NCBI GenBank assembly: GCA_003649205.1
Contig: QMRC01000001.1
Coordinates: 285,081 to 349,080 of the forward strand
DNA length: 64,000 nt
Origin: Thermoprotei archaeon
Lineage (GTDB): Archaea; Thermoproteota; Thermoprotei; Thermoproteales; B15-G16
Direction: 5' to 3'
A program made the translations under genes and the position numbers. The number at the start of each line of letters is the position of its first letter. The stretch's first letter is position 1. A model generated the notes under the pieces. That model was given only the letters and a program-made list of their open reading frames with translations. It was not told the DNA's origin and ran no database searches. This document shows, piece after piece, positions 9,222 to 18,788 of this stretch.

Positions 9222-10055
9222 CTATGTTCTTTTGCTTTGTCTTGGTTTGATGAGCCATGTGTCGAGTTCTTCTATGTACTTGATCTCGTATCTCTGCTTT
9301 ACCTGGTTTATTTTCCTCTTTATCTTGCTGTAGATTCCGTCATCTCTTACTATCTTTCCGTGCTGTTCTAGGTCGAGGAATTCTCTCTCTAGGTTTTCTA
9401 TGGCTTTTTCTGCTTCTTCTGGTGTGTAGGCTCTTATGTCTAGGTCTATTTCATCTGATAGGAGGAGGAGGTATCGCTGTATGCTTGGTGGGGGGAGGTT
9501 TTCTGCTATGAGGATTACGTCTATGTCGCTCCATGGTCTCCATATACCTTTTGCTCTTGACCCTATGATGGCTGCTAGCTTGATCTTTATGCCTTTCTTC
9601 TCTAGTTCTTGAAGCCACTTAAGTACCTCCCTATAGGCTTCTCTTCCATTCTCTAGCTTTCCTATGTCTGGTGTGCAGTCGTGTTCTCTTAGCTTTAGGA
9701 ATATCTCCCTTGTTCTGTAGTACATTGTCTCTACTCTTTGTTTGTTGTAGTACTCTTCTGAGATTCCATATCTTTGTCTGGCATCGGGGTACCTGCTTGC
9801 GTAGTAGTGTATTGTGAGTTCACGTAGGAAGTTAAGTTCTTCTGGAGTTAGTTGGTATCCTCTTGCAAGTAGGTGGAGAGCATGCGTTTTCGTAGGTTTG
9901 TATCCTCTCTTTATCAAGAGAGCTTTTAGTAGGAATTCAAGAGCTTGATGGAGATGGAATACTGCGAGTTTGTAGAGTCCTCTAGTTAGGAGGATATCTG
10001 CTGCATCTAGGTGGGAGTAAGCTGATTCCACATACTCATCTACGCTTTGCATCAT
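9222..10055 (-). CDS. HEPN domain fused to minimal nucleotidyltransferase (HEPN-MNT fusion)
   Basis: N-terminal HEPN helices (AADILLTRGLYKLAVFHLHQALEFLLKALL). C-terminal GS-x10-DxD NTase motif (IGSRAKGIWRPWSDIDVILIA). Confidence 0.75.
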   Translation of the reverse strand: MMQSVDEYVESAYSHLDAADILLTRGLYKLAVFHLHQALEFLLKALLIKRGYKPTKTHALHLLARGYQLTPEELNFLRELTIHYYASRYPDARQRYGISEEYYNKQRVETMYYRTREIFLKLREHDCTPDIGKLENGREAYREVLKWLQELEKKGIKIKLAAIIGSRAKGIWRPWSDIDVILIAENLPPPSIQRYLLLLSDEIDLDIRAYTPEEAEKAIENLEREFLDLEQHGKIVRDDGIYSKIKRKINQVKQRYEIKYIEELDTWLIKPRQSKRT

Positions 10056-10160
10056 CCATCTCTAGCCCCTATCTACTTTCTCGAGGTAGCTCTAGTACCT
10101 ATCTTGAGAGGTGATCTCTTGCAGGGTTTCCCTTCTTACTACCTACCTTATCTATGTCTG

Positions 10161-10571
10161 TTAGTAGCTATGTCTTGTCTTGAAGCCTAGTTCGTCTCTA
10201 AAGCACCAGAGTCCTTCTCCGAAGTCTAGGAGTACGATGCCTAATTTACCTAGGAGTTTATCGTTTAGGAGTACAGTGCTTATGCGTGAGATATAGGGGT
10301 ATGCTGGTACTGGTCCGACAACTCTATCTTCTGTGACTACGTACACGTTGACTGGTTCAACACATCTTACTAGGTTTATGGTAGAGCCATCGGCTAGAAT
10401 GCGTTTTACGGTTATGGTGGGTGGTTTATTGCCGAGGAGTTCTCTTGCTAGTGGTTCAGGTAGCATGATCTCTGGTTCGGCACCAATGAAGCCACTGTTG
10501 GCGAGTGCGAGGGTTTCAATGCATTTACTCTCTACTTGGAGTCTTACCCTTAATCTCAGCACGTGGCTCAC
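10161..10571 (-). CDS. Retropepsin-like (clan AA) fold protein with NSG in place of the catalytic DTG/DSG
   Basis: ETLALANSGFIGAEPEIMLPEPLARELLG aligns with the ...DTGA....lp..la..LG pattern. C-terminal VLLNDKLLGKLGIVLLDF resembles the second retropepsin block. Confidence 0.35.
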   Translation of the reverse strand: MSHVLRLRVRLQVESKCIETLALANSGFIGAEPEIMLPEPLARELLGNKPPTITVKRILADGSTINLVRCVEPVNVYVVTEDRVVGPVPAYPYISRISTVLLNDKLLGKLGIVLLDFGEGLWCFRDELGFKTRHSY

Positions 10572-11178
10572 CTAATAGCTCTGGTGGTAGGATGGTGAGT
10601 ATAGCGAACTTTGGTTCGAGTACTTCGGGTGGGAGTACTGTCGCAATGAGGTTCTCCATTGAGAAGCCCCATCTGTAGTGGTTGCTGAGGTTTATCTTAA
10701 GGTTTACTTCGAGATTGTTAGTTGGTATGTACCATCCTTACCTGCACTTAGTGAGCTTGGACTTGGGTTAACCTAGTCTGCGATATTATTACTCATTAAT
10801 GAATTGGTATTGCAGGGTACATAACGTAGTGTCTTATCAGCAAGATGGTGCTCATCTGCTCTTTACAGGAAGTTTGCACTAGAACAGGGATTAGAATAAG
10901 GTAGTAGGTACTGAACGATGAGGGATATACATGGAGTTTAGACTACACATGATCTACAGAGCAGCCTTAGTACTCGATGTTCTAGGGATTTCACACTAAT
11001 AGCATACAGCAGATTACTTACAGCACACATAGTACGCAATGCAAGACACGGAACTAGTGAAACATCTGTGAAGGGATCAAAATGACCAAGAGAACAAGTC
11101 CTCTTATCCACTGGAAGATAATTGAGAGCACGTTCCTGTCATAGCTTTGAAGCTTAGGGGCCTGGTGAGTGAGAGCCA

Positions 11179-11676
11179 TTGTGGTATTCGGTCTGCAGGG
11201 TGATTGGGTTAGTTGTAGCTGTACTTATTTTGTTTTTATGTTGTATTTCTGTGGTGATTGGTGTGGGTGTTATTGAGAGGGTGAGGATTTATCTTGAGGA
11301 TGCTTGGGAGTTCTATAGGCGTGGTAGGGAGGAGCTTTTGAGAGGTCTTGAGAAAGGATATGTGTATGAGGTGAGGGATGGTGCTGAGAAGCTTTGGAAT
11401 GCTGTTGTTCAGGCTACTAATGCTCTAATTCTTCATCTCTTAGGTTTGGTTCCTGCTAGTCATTGGGAGTGGAGGAGGAAGTTGATGGAGCTTGAGGGTA
11501 GGTTTGAGGAAGTTGGTAAGCTTGGTCTCTGTGATAGGTATTGTGCGAGGGAACGTCATCTACGTGGTATGACGTTTTATGAGGGTATAGTTGATGAGGA
11601 TTTGCTTAGGTATGAGGTGCAGAAGGTTGAGAGGTATCTTAGGGATGTTGAGGATCTAATTCGTAGGTTAAGGTAG
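11179..11676 (+). CDS. PaREP1-family (HEPN-related) protein
   Basis: YLEDAWEFYRRGREELL...VRDGAEKLWNAVVQATNALILH matches the PaREP1 helical pattern. The hydrophobic N-terminal 35 aa may lie upstream of the true start. Confidence 0.6.
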   Translation: MWYSVCRVIGLVVAVLILFLCCISVVIGVGVIERVRIYLEDAWEFYRRGREELLRGLEKGYVYEVRDGAEKLWNAVVQATNALILHLLGLVPASHWEWRRKLMELEGRFEEVGKLGLCDRYCARERHLRGMTFYEGIVDEDLLRYEVQKVERYLRDVEDLIRRLR

Positions 11677-11746
11677 TACGCTGCTCCTTGACTCTTAATT
11701 GAGATCTTCTACTCTATCTGTTGAGTAGTTGTTGAGGGATTTTTCC

Positions 11747-12160
11747 CTATACGTAGGTGTGTACTTTGTATCTCTTTTCCTGGTCTTTCCATGGTTTTAG
11801 GTAGTTGAAGTAGAGGTATTCGTAGAGGTTGAGTTCATTTCTTGCCCATATTACTACGTGGTTTTTAATTATTGATATCTGGATGTGGAGTGGTAGTAGT
11901 TCAAATACTCTGAGGTCGTATTTACTGAAGTCTAGTGGTACTTCTCTCCATGCTTCCTGTATGAGCTGTATTCCTTCGTCTGGGTTTTTCCTTGTTTCTG
12001 GTACTACGAGGCATATGTCTATGTCTGATCGTGGTGTTGCTTCTTTGCGTGCATGTGAGCCGTAGAGTAGTATTGCTTCTACTTCTCTGTGTTTTTCGAG
12101 GAATTTACTGAAGGCTTCTCTAACTGTCTTGATTATTGTCTCGATTTCTTCTGTAGCCAT
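11747..12160 (-). CDS. mntA: Minimal nucleotidyltransferase antitoxin (MntA-type)
   Basis: ILLYGSHARKEATPRSDIDICLVV (GS-x9-DxD). Overlaps the upstream DUF86 gene by 28 nt. Confidence 0.8.
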   Translation of the reverse strand: MATEEIETIIKTVREAFSKFLEKHREVEAILLYGSHARKEATPRSDIDICLVVPETRKNPDEGIQLIQEAWREVPLDFSKYDLRVFELLPLHIQISIIKNHVVIWARNELNLYEYLYFNYLKPWKDQEKRYKVHTYV

Positions 12161-12573
12161 TTCTTAACTACCTCACTGAACTCTACTACGGAATTTCTTA
12201 ACTTAAGTATGCTGGTGTAGGCTAATCTATCGTCTATGCCATTGTACCTATGTACCAACACGTTCCTGAGACCATTTAGTTCACGTAGTTTTCCAAGTAG
12301 TTCATCCGTGATCAATCCTAGCTGCTTTAGGGTGTGTAGGTTTGTGTAGTCGTCTTTAACGACTTTACCCTCGTCTCTCACCATCATTGCGACAATATCC
12401 ATTATGCAGTCAGCTAGTTCCTGTACCACTTTGTACACTGCTTTCTTAGTTTTTACGTCTCTCAGAAATTCCTCTATGTTGGGTGGTATCCACTCCTTGA
12501 GTAGTGTTAGGCATTCGTGTATGAATTCCAGCTTCTCTTCGTATCTCTTTATGCGTTCGGTATCTAGTTTCAT
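12133..12573 (-). CDS. hepT: HEPN/DUF86 RNase toxin (HepT-type)
   Basis: Rx4HxY motif present (GLRNVLVHRYNGID). Size and pairing with the MNT gene are typical. Confidence 0.85.
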   Translation of the reverse strand: MKLDTERIKRYEEKLEFIHECLTLLKEWIPPNIEEFLRDVKTKKAVYKVVQELADCIMDIVAMMVRDEGKVVKDDYTNLHTLKQLGLITDELLGKLRELNGLRNVLVHRYNGIDDRLAYTSILKLRNSVVEFSEVVKKWLQKKSRQ

Positions 12574-13671
12574 GATACTTCCTCTCTGATTTCTTGGATT
12601 ATGTCTTTTGGTTCTATGTTTAGTGTTTGTTTTTGTACCATGGTTCTTATTGTCCAGTAGTGTGCTGGAAGTTGGTATGCTGTGTCTTCTCCGATCCAGT
12701 ATGTCTTACTTGGTTTCTTGTCTAGCCATTTGCTGTATAGTGGTGTTACTATGTTGTTTCTCAGCATGTAGTCCCATATTGGGTGTAGTTCGAGTTCATC
12801 TATGTTGTCTAGTGTTTGCTTTAGTTCCTGTAGTACCTGTATTGGTGGTTTCTGTTTTTCTCTGCAGTATTCCTTGATTGTTGTCTTCACTATCTCGATT
12901 ATCTTCTGAAGCCAACTGCCTATGTTCCATTTCTGTATGTGTAGTTCGTATATTGCTCTTGGGTTTCCTCCTGTTAGTTGCCAGAGTTGGTTGTGGTTTA
13001 GTGGTGTTTTTAGTTTGTTCAGTAGTTCATCATGTGCCTCTCTATCTAGGTTCCATATCTGGTACATGAGTATGTTCTTACCTTCTTCTCTCTTGAAGTG
13101 TTTTTGCTGCTGTTTGTTCGCTTGTTAGTAGGATTACGTGTACTTGACATCTGTGCTCGTGTGCTATGTCGTAGATTTCCTTGCTTAGTCCTGTTACTAG
13201 GTCTCTTATCGTTAGTCTGTACCTGTTTAGTGGTACTGTTACTTCATCGAATATGAGCACTAGTTTCCTTCCTTTGAGGTTTAGTCTCTTGGCTATGTAC
13301 TTGACGATGTTGTAGAGGTGGAGTAGTAGTTTTGCTCTATCTCCTACTAGTTCCTTGACTAGATTTTCTAGGGCCTCTACTACGCTGTCTTCGGTTGCTA
13401 TGTAGAATTCCTCTCTTACTGCTGCTTTTGGTAGGTTCATGTACGTGATCAGGATTTCTGGGTCTTGTTGTAGTGCGTGTGTTGTCGCTCTCATGAATTC
13501 CGTTTTTCCGCAGCCCCATGGTCCTGTTATTACGAGGTTTAGTGAGTGTTCTGGTTTTGTTTCTTCGCCGTACCTTATTAGCTCTAGTAGTTTCTCGTAT
13601 TCTCGATCTCTATCTACGAAATTTATGTTGAGGTCTGGGACTATGTACTTGTGTAGTTTCGTGGTTTTCAT
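12570..13671 (-). pseudogene. Arch_ATPase (PF01637-like) paralog interrupted by a frameshift
   Basis: ORF 13078-13671 carries the Walker A (GPWGCGKTEF) and stops at ...TAAKTLQERRR*. In the next frame the same DNA reads HFKREEGKNILMYQIWNLD, collinear with the intact paralog (HFLREQGKNMFTYLMWNLS). The shift maps to a T5/A5 run at 13101-13105. Confidence 0.75.
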
Positions 13672-13871
13672 TGGTTATTCGTCTATACTTTGTTCCTTTG
13701 GTGTTTATAATTCTGTTCTCTGCTGTGTTGTTTGAGGTGTTTTGTCTATGGTTCTTGTTTGTGGTGATGTTGTTGAGAGGATTGGGGTTATTGCTAGGTT
13801 TTCTGAGGTTGCTTTTTGTTGCTGTTGTCGGTTCTGTTGCTGTGAGGAGGTATTAGTTAGTTGTTGAGGCT

Positions 13872-14186
13872 ATGAACGATTCCTGTAGGCACATTGTCTC
13901 AGCTAGAGGTTGGGGTCCTGATTTCTCAGCTAAGGACTTCGTGGAGCTAGCTGTTAAGCACGGTGTTGTGTCTAGTGAATTAGCTAGGGAGATCATTATG
14001 GCTATTCGCTTGGGGAGTATAATCGTTTACAGGTACCTAGGTATTAACTATGAGGAGCTCTATAGGGGGGTTCAAAAGCTCACTACATTAGCTAGGGATT
14101 TTGAGAGGGAGGTAGTTAGCTTCCTTAGAAAGGTACTGGGTATCTCGCGAGTGAGTTATCTAGGTGTTCTCCTCTATAGTCTCTAG
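13872..14186 (+). CDS. Degenerate DUF86/HEPN remnant
   Basis: DUF86-like C-terminal half (HGVVSSELAREIIMAIRLGSIIVYRY) with the Rx4HxY site destroyed. N-terminal half missing and no partner NTase. Confidence 0.4.
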   Translation: MNDSCRHIVSARGWGPDFSAKDFVELAVKHGVVSSELAREIIMAIRLGSIIVYRYLGINYEELYRGVQKLTTLARDFEREVVSFLRKVLGISRVSYLGVLLYSL

Positions 14187-15311
14187 TACCTTTCTCGGTG
14201 TTGGTTTTTCTCCGGTTTCAAGTGCTGTCTTCAGTATCCAATAGTAGATTGGTGTCTGGAATGCGTACTCTCTACCAATCCATGGCTCTCCTCTAGGTAT
14301 CTTCGATAGCTTTCTAAATCTCTCATCGATGTTCATCACTATGTTCTCCTCTATCAACCTCCTAGATACTATGTACTCTGGTAGCTGAATACCTGGTTGA
14401 TATGGCTTTACACAATCTACACACTCAACTACTTCCCTTAGATAGTTCTCTACACTTAGATCTTGAGCTAACTTAATGAGCGGTAGTACCTTCCCTATCT
14501 TAGCACTTAGGTACCGATCTAGATTCCACCTCCATGCCCTTAACTCAGCTACTTCTCTCGGATTTCCTCCTGTTACCTTCCACACTAGCTCGTAATCTAA
14601 TGGGCACTCTAGCTTTTGGAGTAGTTGCTCTGTTGCTTGTTTACTAAGATTCCACATCAGGTACGTGAACATGTTCTTTCCCTGTTCTCTTAGGAAGTGC
14701 TGAACTGCTGTCTGATCACTAGTAAATGCTATTGGGTACAGGTACTCTAGCTCAAGTTCATCCCTTATCTCAAAGATCTTGTAGCTCAAGCTACTAACGA
14801 AGTCCCTAATGGTTACTCCATACTTCTCAAGGGATTTAGTAACCTCATCTATCAGCAATATCACTTTTGCACCTCTTACTCTGAATCTCTTTGATAGTTC
14901 TCTGAGGAATGTGTAGAGCTGTATTGGTACCTTAGCTACGTCACCTAGTACGTTGAGTACTATCTCCATACACGTCTCCACTACTCTCGATCTAAGTGGT
15001 TGAAAGACCTTACTTAGGTCCTGCTCTGTTAAGTCCATGTATATCGCTACGAAGTTCCCATAGCTGTCTAAGGCATGAGCTAGTGCTCTCGCGAACTGAG
15101 TTTTCCCACAACCCCACGGTCCTGTCACTACAAGTAGATGTTCGTAACCTCTCTCACGTATGTGCTCCTGAAGTAGTGTCTCAACTTCGTACTCTCTATT
15201 CACGAACTCTATCCCAAGATCAGGTACGCGGTACCTGTACAGTTTACTCACTACATCACGCATCCCATACCTCGTCAATGCTCTACTCACTCCCCATGCT
15301 TTACACCTCAA
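14160..15311 (-). CDS. Arch_ATPase family P-loop NTPase (intact paralog)
   Basis: Walker A GPWGCGKTQF and Walker B ILLIDEV. Conserved blocks MWNLS, GGNPRE and WIGREYAFQTPIYYW are shared with three other copies in the window. Confidence 0.8.
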   Translation of the reverse strand: MRCKAWGVSRALTRYGMRDVVSKLYRYRVPDLGIEFVNREYEVETLLQEHIRERGYEHLLVVTGPWGCGKTQFARALAHALDSYGNFVAIYMDLTEQDLSKVFQPLRSRVVETCMEIVLNVLGDVAKVPIQLYTFLRELSKRFRVRGAKVILLIDEVTKSLEKYGVTIRDFVSSLSYKIFEIRDELELEYLYPIAFTSDQTAVQHFLREQGKNMFTYLMWNLSKQATEQLLQKLECPLDYELVWKVTGGNPREVAELRAWRWNLDRYLSAKIGKVLPLIKLAQDLSVENYLREVVECVDCVKPYQPGIQLPEYIVSRRLIEENIVMNIDERFRKLSKIPRGEPWIGREYAFQTPIYYWILKTALETGEKPTPRKVLETIEENT

Positions 15312-15494
15312 TCTAGCTTAAGTACGTTGTTACCTTGATCCTCACTACATCTCCACTGTGATGTCCACTCAGTACCTAGTGCACGATCCTGTCTCAGGAT
15401 TTTTATAGGTGTGTTAGTTCTGATCTCTCGGGAGGACTCCTCGGTGAGGACCTAGTTCTCGGGCTTCGATGATCCGAGGGCCGGGCGGCTTACC

Positions 15495-16061
15495 TCACTT
15501 CTCCTCCTGTTCCTGTAGCAGATCCAGTAGTGTCACTTTCTGTGTTGTCTCCCTCTTGAGGACCCTCTCCACGAAGTGATCTCGAACCGGTTTGTAGACG
15601 TACTCAAAGAACTTCTGTGGATCCCTCAACACAGTTGTTGGAAACTTCTTCACGTACTCAACAGCCTTCTGCCACACTTCATCCCACGGTGCTATAGCCT
15701 CTACCTTAGCCCTGATCTGCCTATCAAAGTCTTCTGGTCTCTGCTCCTTACCACCCATCTCAAACCAACCACTTGGACCTACCGGTACCTCCTCACTACC
15801 TGGGCCGAAGACCTTCACCATACTCCTCCCACCACCTCTAGTCTCCTCACCAGGTATGTAGAACCTCCTACCACTCCTCGATACCTTACTCGACTGAGGA
15901 CCATAGTACTTCAACCACGCGTAGAAGATCGCCCTATTGAGTCCAAAGCTCTTAGCCTTCTGTAAATCACCTGTCAGTACGTAGTACCTCGCTGCCTGTA
16001 GCAAAGCCATAACCTCAAACCTACCAATCTTCCTCTCATCCCTAGTACTCAAGGTAATCAC
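15495..16061 (-). CDS. Hypothetical protein
   Basis: 188-aa ORF with coding-like composition between ATPase paralogs; no motif recognised. Confidence 0.45.
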   Translation of the reverse strand: MITLSTRDERKIGRFEVMALLQAARYYVLTGDLQKAKSFGLNRAIFYAWLKYYGPQSSKVSRSGRRFYIPGEETRGGGRSMVKVFGPGSEEVPVGPSGWFEMGGKEQRPEDFDRQIRAKVEAIAPWDEVWQKAVEYVKKFPTTVLRDPQKFFEYVYKPVRDHFVERVLKRETTQKVTLLDLLQEQEEK

Positions 16062-16193
16062 CCTACTTCAGTGAGATGTACGTATCTAAAGTCTTCTCCT
16101 ACATCTACTCAACGTAGTACCTCACATGTCAAAGACTGAAGCTTCACCTAATTTCGCATTCTATTTAAGTCCTCCACCTCCTCTACTCCCTTC

Positions 16194-16246
16194 AGGTGAT
16201 GAGGTTCGTTAGGACTGAACACTGATGACCGCTCGCGACCCTGATT
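16194..16246 (+). ncRNA. C/D box sRNA
   Basis: GTGATGA(16196-16202)-GGTTCGTTAGGA-CTGA-ACAC-TGATGA-CCGCTCGCGACC-CTGA(16241-16244); both guides exactly 12 nt. Confidence 0.8.
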
Positions 16247-16253
16247 TACTTCC

Positions 16254-17375
16254 TCACGTACTCACTTCCCTCAATATGGTTTCAGACGTAGGTTTCTGCT
16301 CTTTCTCAAGTATAGCCCTGAAGATGTAGTAGTAGAGAGGTACTTGCCAAGCCCATTCCCTACCAATCCACTCCTCTCTAGGCACTTCACTTAGTAAGTG
16401 ATTAGTAGGCTCTAGCGGTATGACCATGTTCTGTCTCAGCAACTCCTGCGTTAATGCTACTTCAGGTAGCTGCTGCTTAAGCTCCTCAGTAATAGGTATA
16501 GGAGCTAGAGAATCAATTTCCTCAACTACGCTCCTCAAGTACTTAAGCAACACATCACTACGCCTAATCATTGAGTAGAGTGACCAACACCTCACAATTT
16601 CCCTCTCTAACCACCTCTCTACATCCCATGCATAGACATTCCTCAATTCGTAGATCAATCTTGGATTACCACCACACAATCTCCACAGGATCTCATAATC
16701 TAGCGGGCACTTAACCTCCTCAAGTAACCTCATGAAAGCACTCTTCGATAAGTTCCACATCTCATAGATAGATAGTGTCTTACCGACTTCCCTCCTAAAG
16801 TACTGAATCAGTGACAGTTCACTAGTTAGAAGTACTGTAACAATATTCCTGAGACCAAGCTCCCTTCTCCACTCATGAATAGCCTTATCCAATGCTGAGA
16901 CGTAGTCCCTAATACTGATCCTATATCTGTCGAGAGATCTAGTAACCTCATCCATGAAGATAACCAAGTACCTACCAACTAGCTTGTACACCTCACATAG
17001 CTTCCTCAACAGAGCAAATACCTTGAGAGGAAACTTAAGCAAGTCCTCACACACCCTCTGAACTAACTCAAGGAGTAACTCCTTAACACCATACCTTGCG
17101 TAAATAGCTTGATGCAGCTCACTTTGAGTCAGATCAACATATAGGAAAACGAAGTCATTAAGCTCCTCTACAGCATACGTCACAGCTCTAGCAAATTCAG
17201 TCTTCCCACAACCCCAAGGACCATACACAACGTAATTCCAGGAAACACCCCTAAGAACCCAATCAAGAACATACCTAACCTCCCTCTCACGATCAACAAA
17301 GTAAATACCCAACCCTGGCACCACATACCTACCTAAGCAACTAACAACAACCTCAGTAACATCACCACAACACAT
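16254..17375 (-). CDS. Arch_ATPase family P-loop NTPase (paralog)
   Basis: GPWGCGKTEF, VIFMDEV, MWNLS, GGNPRL, WIGREWAWQVPLYYY. Confidence 0.8.
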   Translation of the reverse strand: MCCGDVTEVVVSCLGRYVVPGLGIYFVDREREVRYVLDWVLRGVSWNYVVYGPWGCGKTEFARAVTYAVEELNDFVFLYVDLTQSELHQAIYARYGVKELLLELVQRVCEDLLKFPLKVFALLRKLCEVYKLVGRYLVIFMDEVTRSLDRYRISIRDYVSALDKAIHEWRRELGLRNIVTVLLTSELSLIQYFRREVGKTLSIYEMWNLSKSAFMRLLEEVKCPLDYEILWRLCGGNPRLIYELRNVYAWDVERWLEREIVRCWSLYSMIRRSDVLLKYLRSVVEEIDSLAPIPITEELKQQLPEVALTQELLRQNMVIPLEPTNHLLSEVPREEWIGREWAWQVPLYYYIFRAILEKEQKPTSETILREVST

Positions 17376-17432
17376 CTAGACAGCACCAACCCAAATAAGA
17401 CAACAACAGAACTTTACCCTTACCCCCAACAA

Positions 17433-18064
17433 CTAGGAAACCTTCAACGGCTTCACAACCTCAAGAAACCTCCTAGCCTCCTTAACAGAGAAAGTACACA
17501 GCTCGTACTTAGGAGTAACCCTGTAAGCATCCATGTAAGGACCCTCCATGTGAAATCTCTGAAATCCTAGTAGCTGCAAACACTCCAACACTATCTCAAG
17601 CAGTCGACGATTAGTATTGACAAACTTCAACTTAACCCTCCTCTCAGTATAGGTCCTACTACCTCGCCTCCTCGTATAAGTATAGAACTTCAGATGTCCC
17701 TCCGCATCAAAGAAACCACGAACAAACTCTCTAGCATAATCCTTTGACCTCAAGACTAGCGACCTTAAGGCCTCTAGATCACGCCTATACCTCACAACCC
17801 ACTTACAGAAATCTAGGCTAAAGGTCACAACACAGTACACAGGTTTCTTACCAGGTTTTCCACTTGATCTAGGGGGTAATGGTACATCACGGTGCGCGCT
17901 GCAACATACTTCCTAACTATGGTCATGTAGTACTCTGCTACCTTTAGACACGTAATCAGCAATTCAACACGCTTAAGCCTAAAGTTAACATATCCATCAC
18001 CTAGCAATACACCAAGCACATAACACATATCAGGGTTTTCAGGTATGCTCACCATGCGTCCCAC
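17433..18064 (-). pseudogene. Free-standing double-motif LAGLIDADG homing endonuclease-like gene, split by a frameshift near 17825-17840
   Basis: ORF 17825-18064 has motif 1 (YVLGVLLGDGYV). ORF 17433-17840 has motif 2 (FVRGFFDAEGHLKF), followed by NRRLLEIVLECLQLLGF as in I-DmoI-type enzymes. The two ORFs overlap by 16 nt in different frames. Confidence 0.65.
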
Positions 18065-18178
18065 CTTCCAACATCATAGGGACGCAATGAATTATAAGGG
18101 ACTCAACATTATGACGCAATAATGGACGCAGTTAATTAGTGCGTCAAGTATATAAGGAGCGGTGGAACGTACTGTATC

Positions 18179-18748
18179 GTGCACTCTACCTTCAGGATAA
18201 GGTGTACACAGAAGAAAGCTGATGGGAGTACAGAAGTCATTGAATTAGAGGTTAGTGTAGAGGATCTGGAGAAGCCAGAAGTAAAGAAGCTACTTCAAGA
18301 CTTCTTAAGCCATTACTTGAGAGATTACAGCGGAGTCGAGATTAGAGTTGAGAAGAAAAGCTATCACACGCAACGCAAGGACTTTCACGTAGAAGCATTG
18401 AAAAAAGCAGCTGAGAGAGGTTTAGTCTTGAATTACGATGATGGAACCGTAGTGATAGATAGGGAGAACTCAAGAATTTACTTTTGGCCTCGAAACTGGT
18501 CTCAAACAACAGCTTCCAGAATGTACATTAAGTACGAAGATCTCTACATCCTATTAACCAAAGTCAAGGCTAGACTAGGATTGAGTAGAGAGATTAATTC
18601 CAGTACCATCATCACTAAAGTACTTGAAGAAGTGAAAACAAGTAGTAAGACATCAGCACTACTAAAGAGATTGCTGAAATACAGCGTAGTGAAGAGGTTA
18701 CTAGTCACACTACTACAGGAAATAGTACAGGGAAGGATTACCCTGTAA
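18179..18748 (+). CDS. Hypothetical protein, paralog of the 19824-20396 product
   Basis: Shares blocks V.DRE..RIYFWPRNWSQTT / YVDRVEGKMYVKPRGWSWTT and the C-terminal SALLKRLL....LLVTLLQEIV / RALTRLL....LLLVEFLWKVV. Confidence 0.55.
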   Translation: MHSTFRIRCTQKKADGSTEVIELEVSVEDLEKPEVKKLLQDFLSHYLRDYSGVEIRVEKKSYHTQRKDFHVEALKKAAERGLVLNYDDGTVVIDRENSRIYFWPRNWSQTTASRMYIKYEDLYILLTKVKARLGLSREINSSTIITKVLEEVKTSSKTSALLKRLLKYSVVKRLLVTLLQEIVQGRITL

Positions 18749-18788
18749 AATACACCGAGAATATGTAGGAGAAGTTAGTAGAAGTAAC

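Noticed and set aside
12608-13856. Chain of plus-strand ORFs rich in Cys/Leu/Val/Phe (12608-12877, 12878-13069, 12922-13128, 13439-13735, 13671-13856). Similar antisense ORFs occur throughout the track, for example 634-1167, 22261-22845 and 51633-52169.
   Set aside because: They lie opposite well-supported genes and have the low-complexity composition expected from reading the complement of purine-rich coding strands. No motifs were found.
16229-16240. The sRNA guide CCGCUCGCGACC resembles the split-tRNA leader CCGC-CGCGACC and is complementary to the 5'-half trailer with a 1-nt bulge.
   Set aside because: An 11-nt GC-rich match with an indel is within chance expectation for a 64-kb window. 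A bulged guide duplex is not expected to support C/D-guided methylation.
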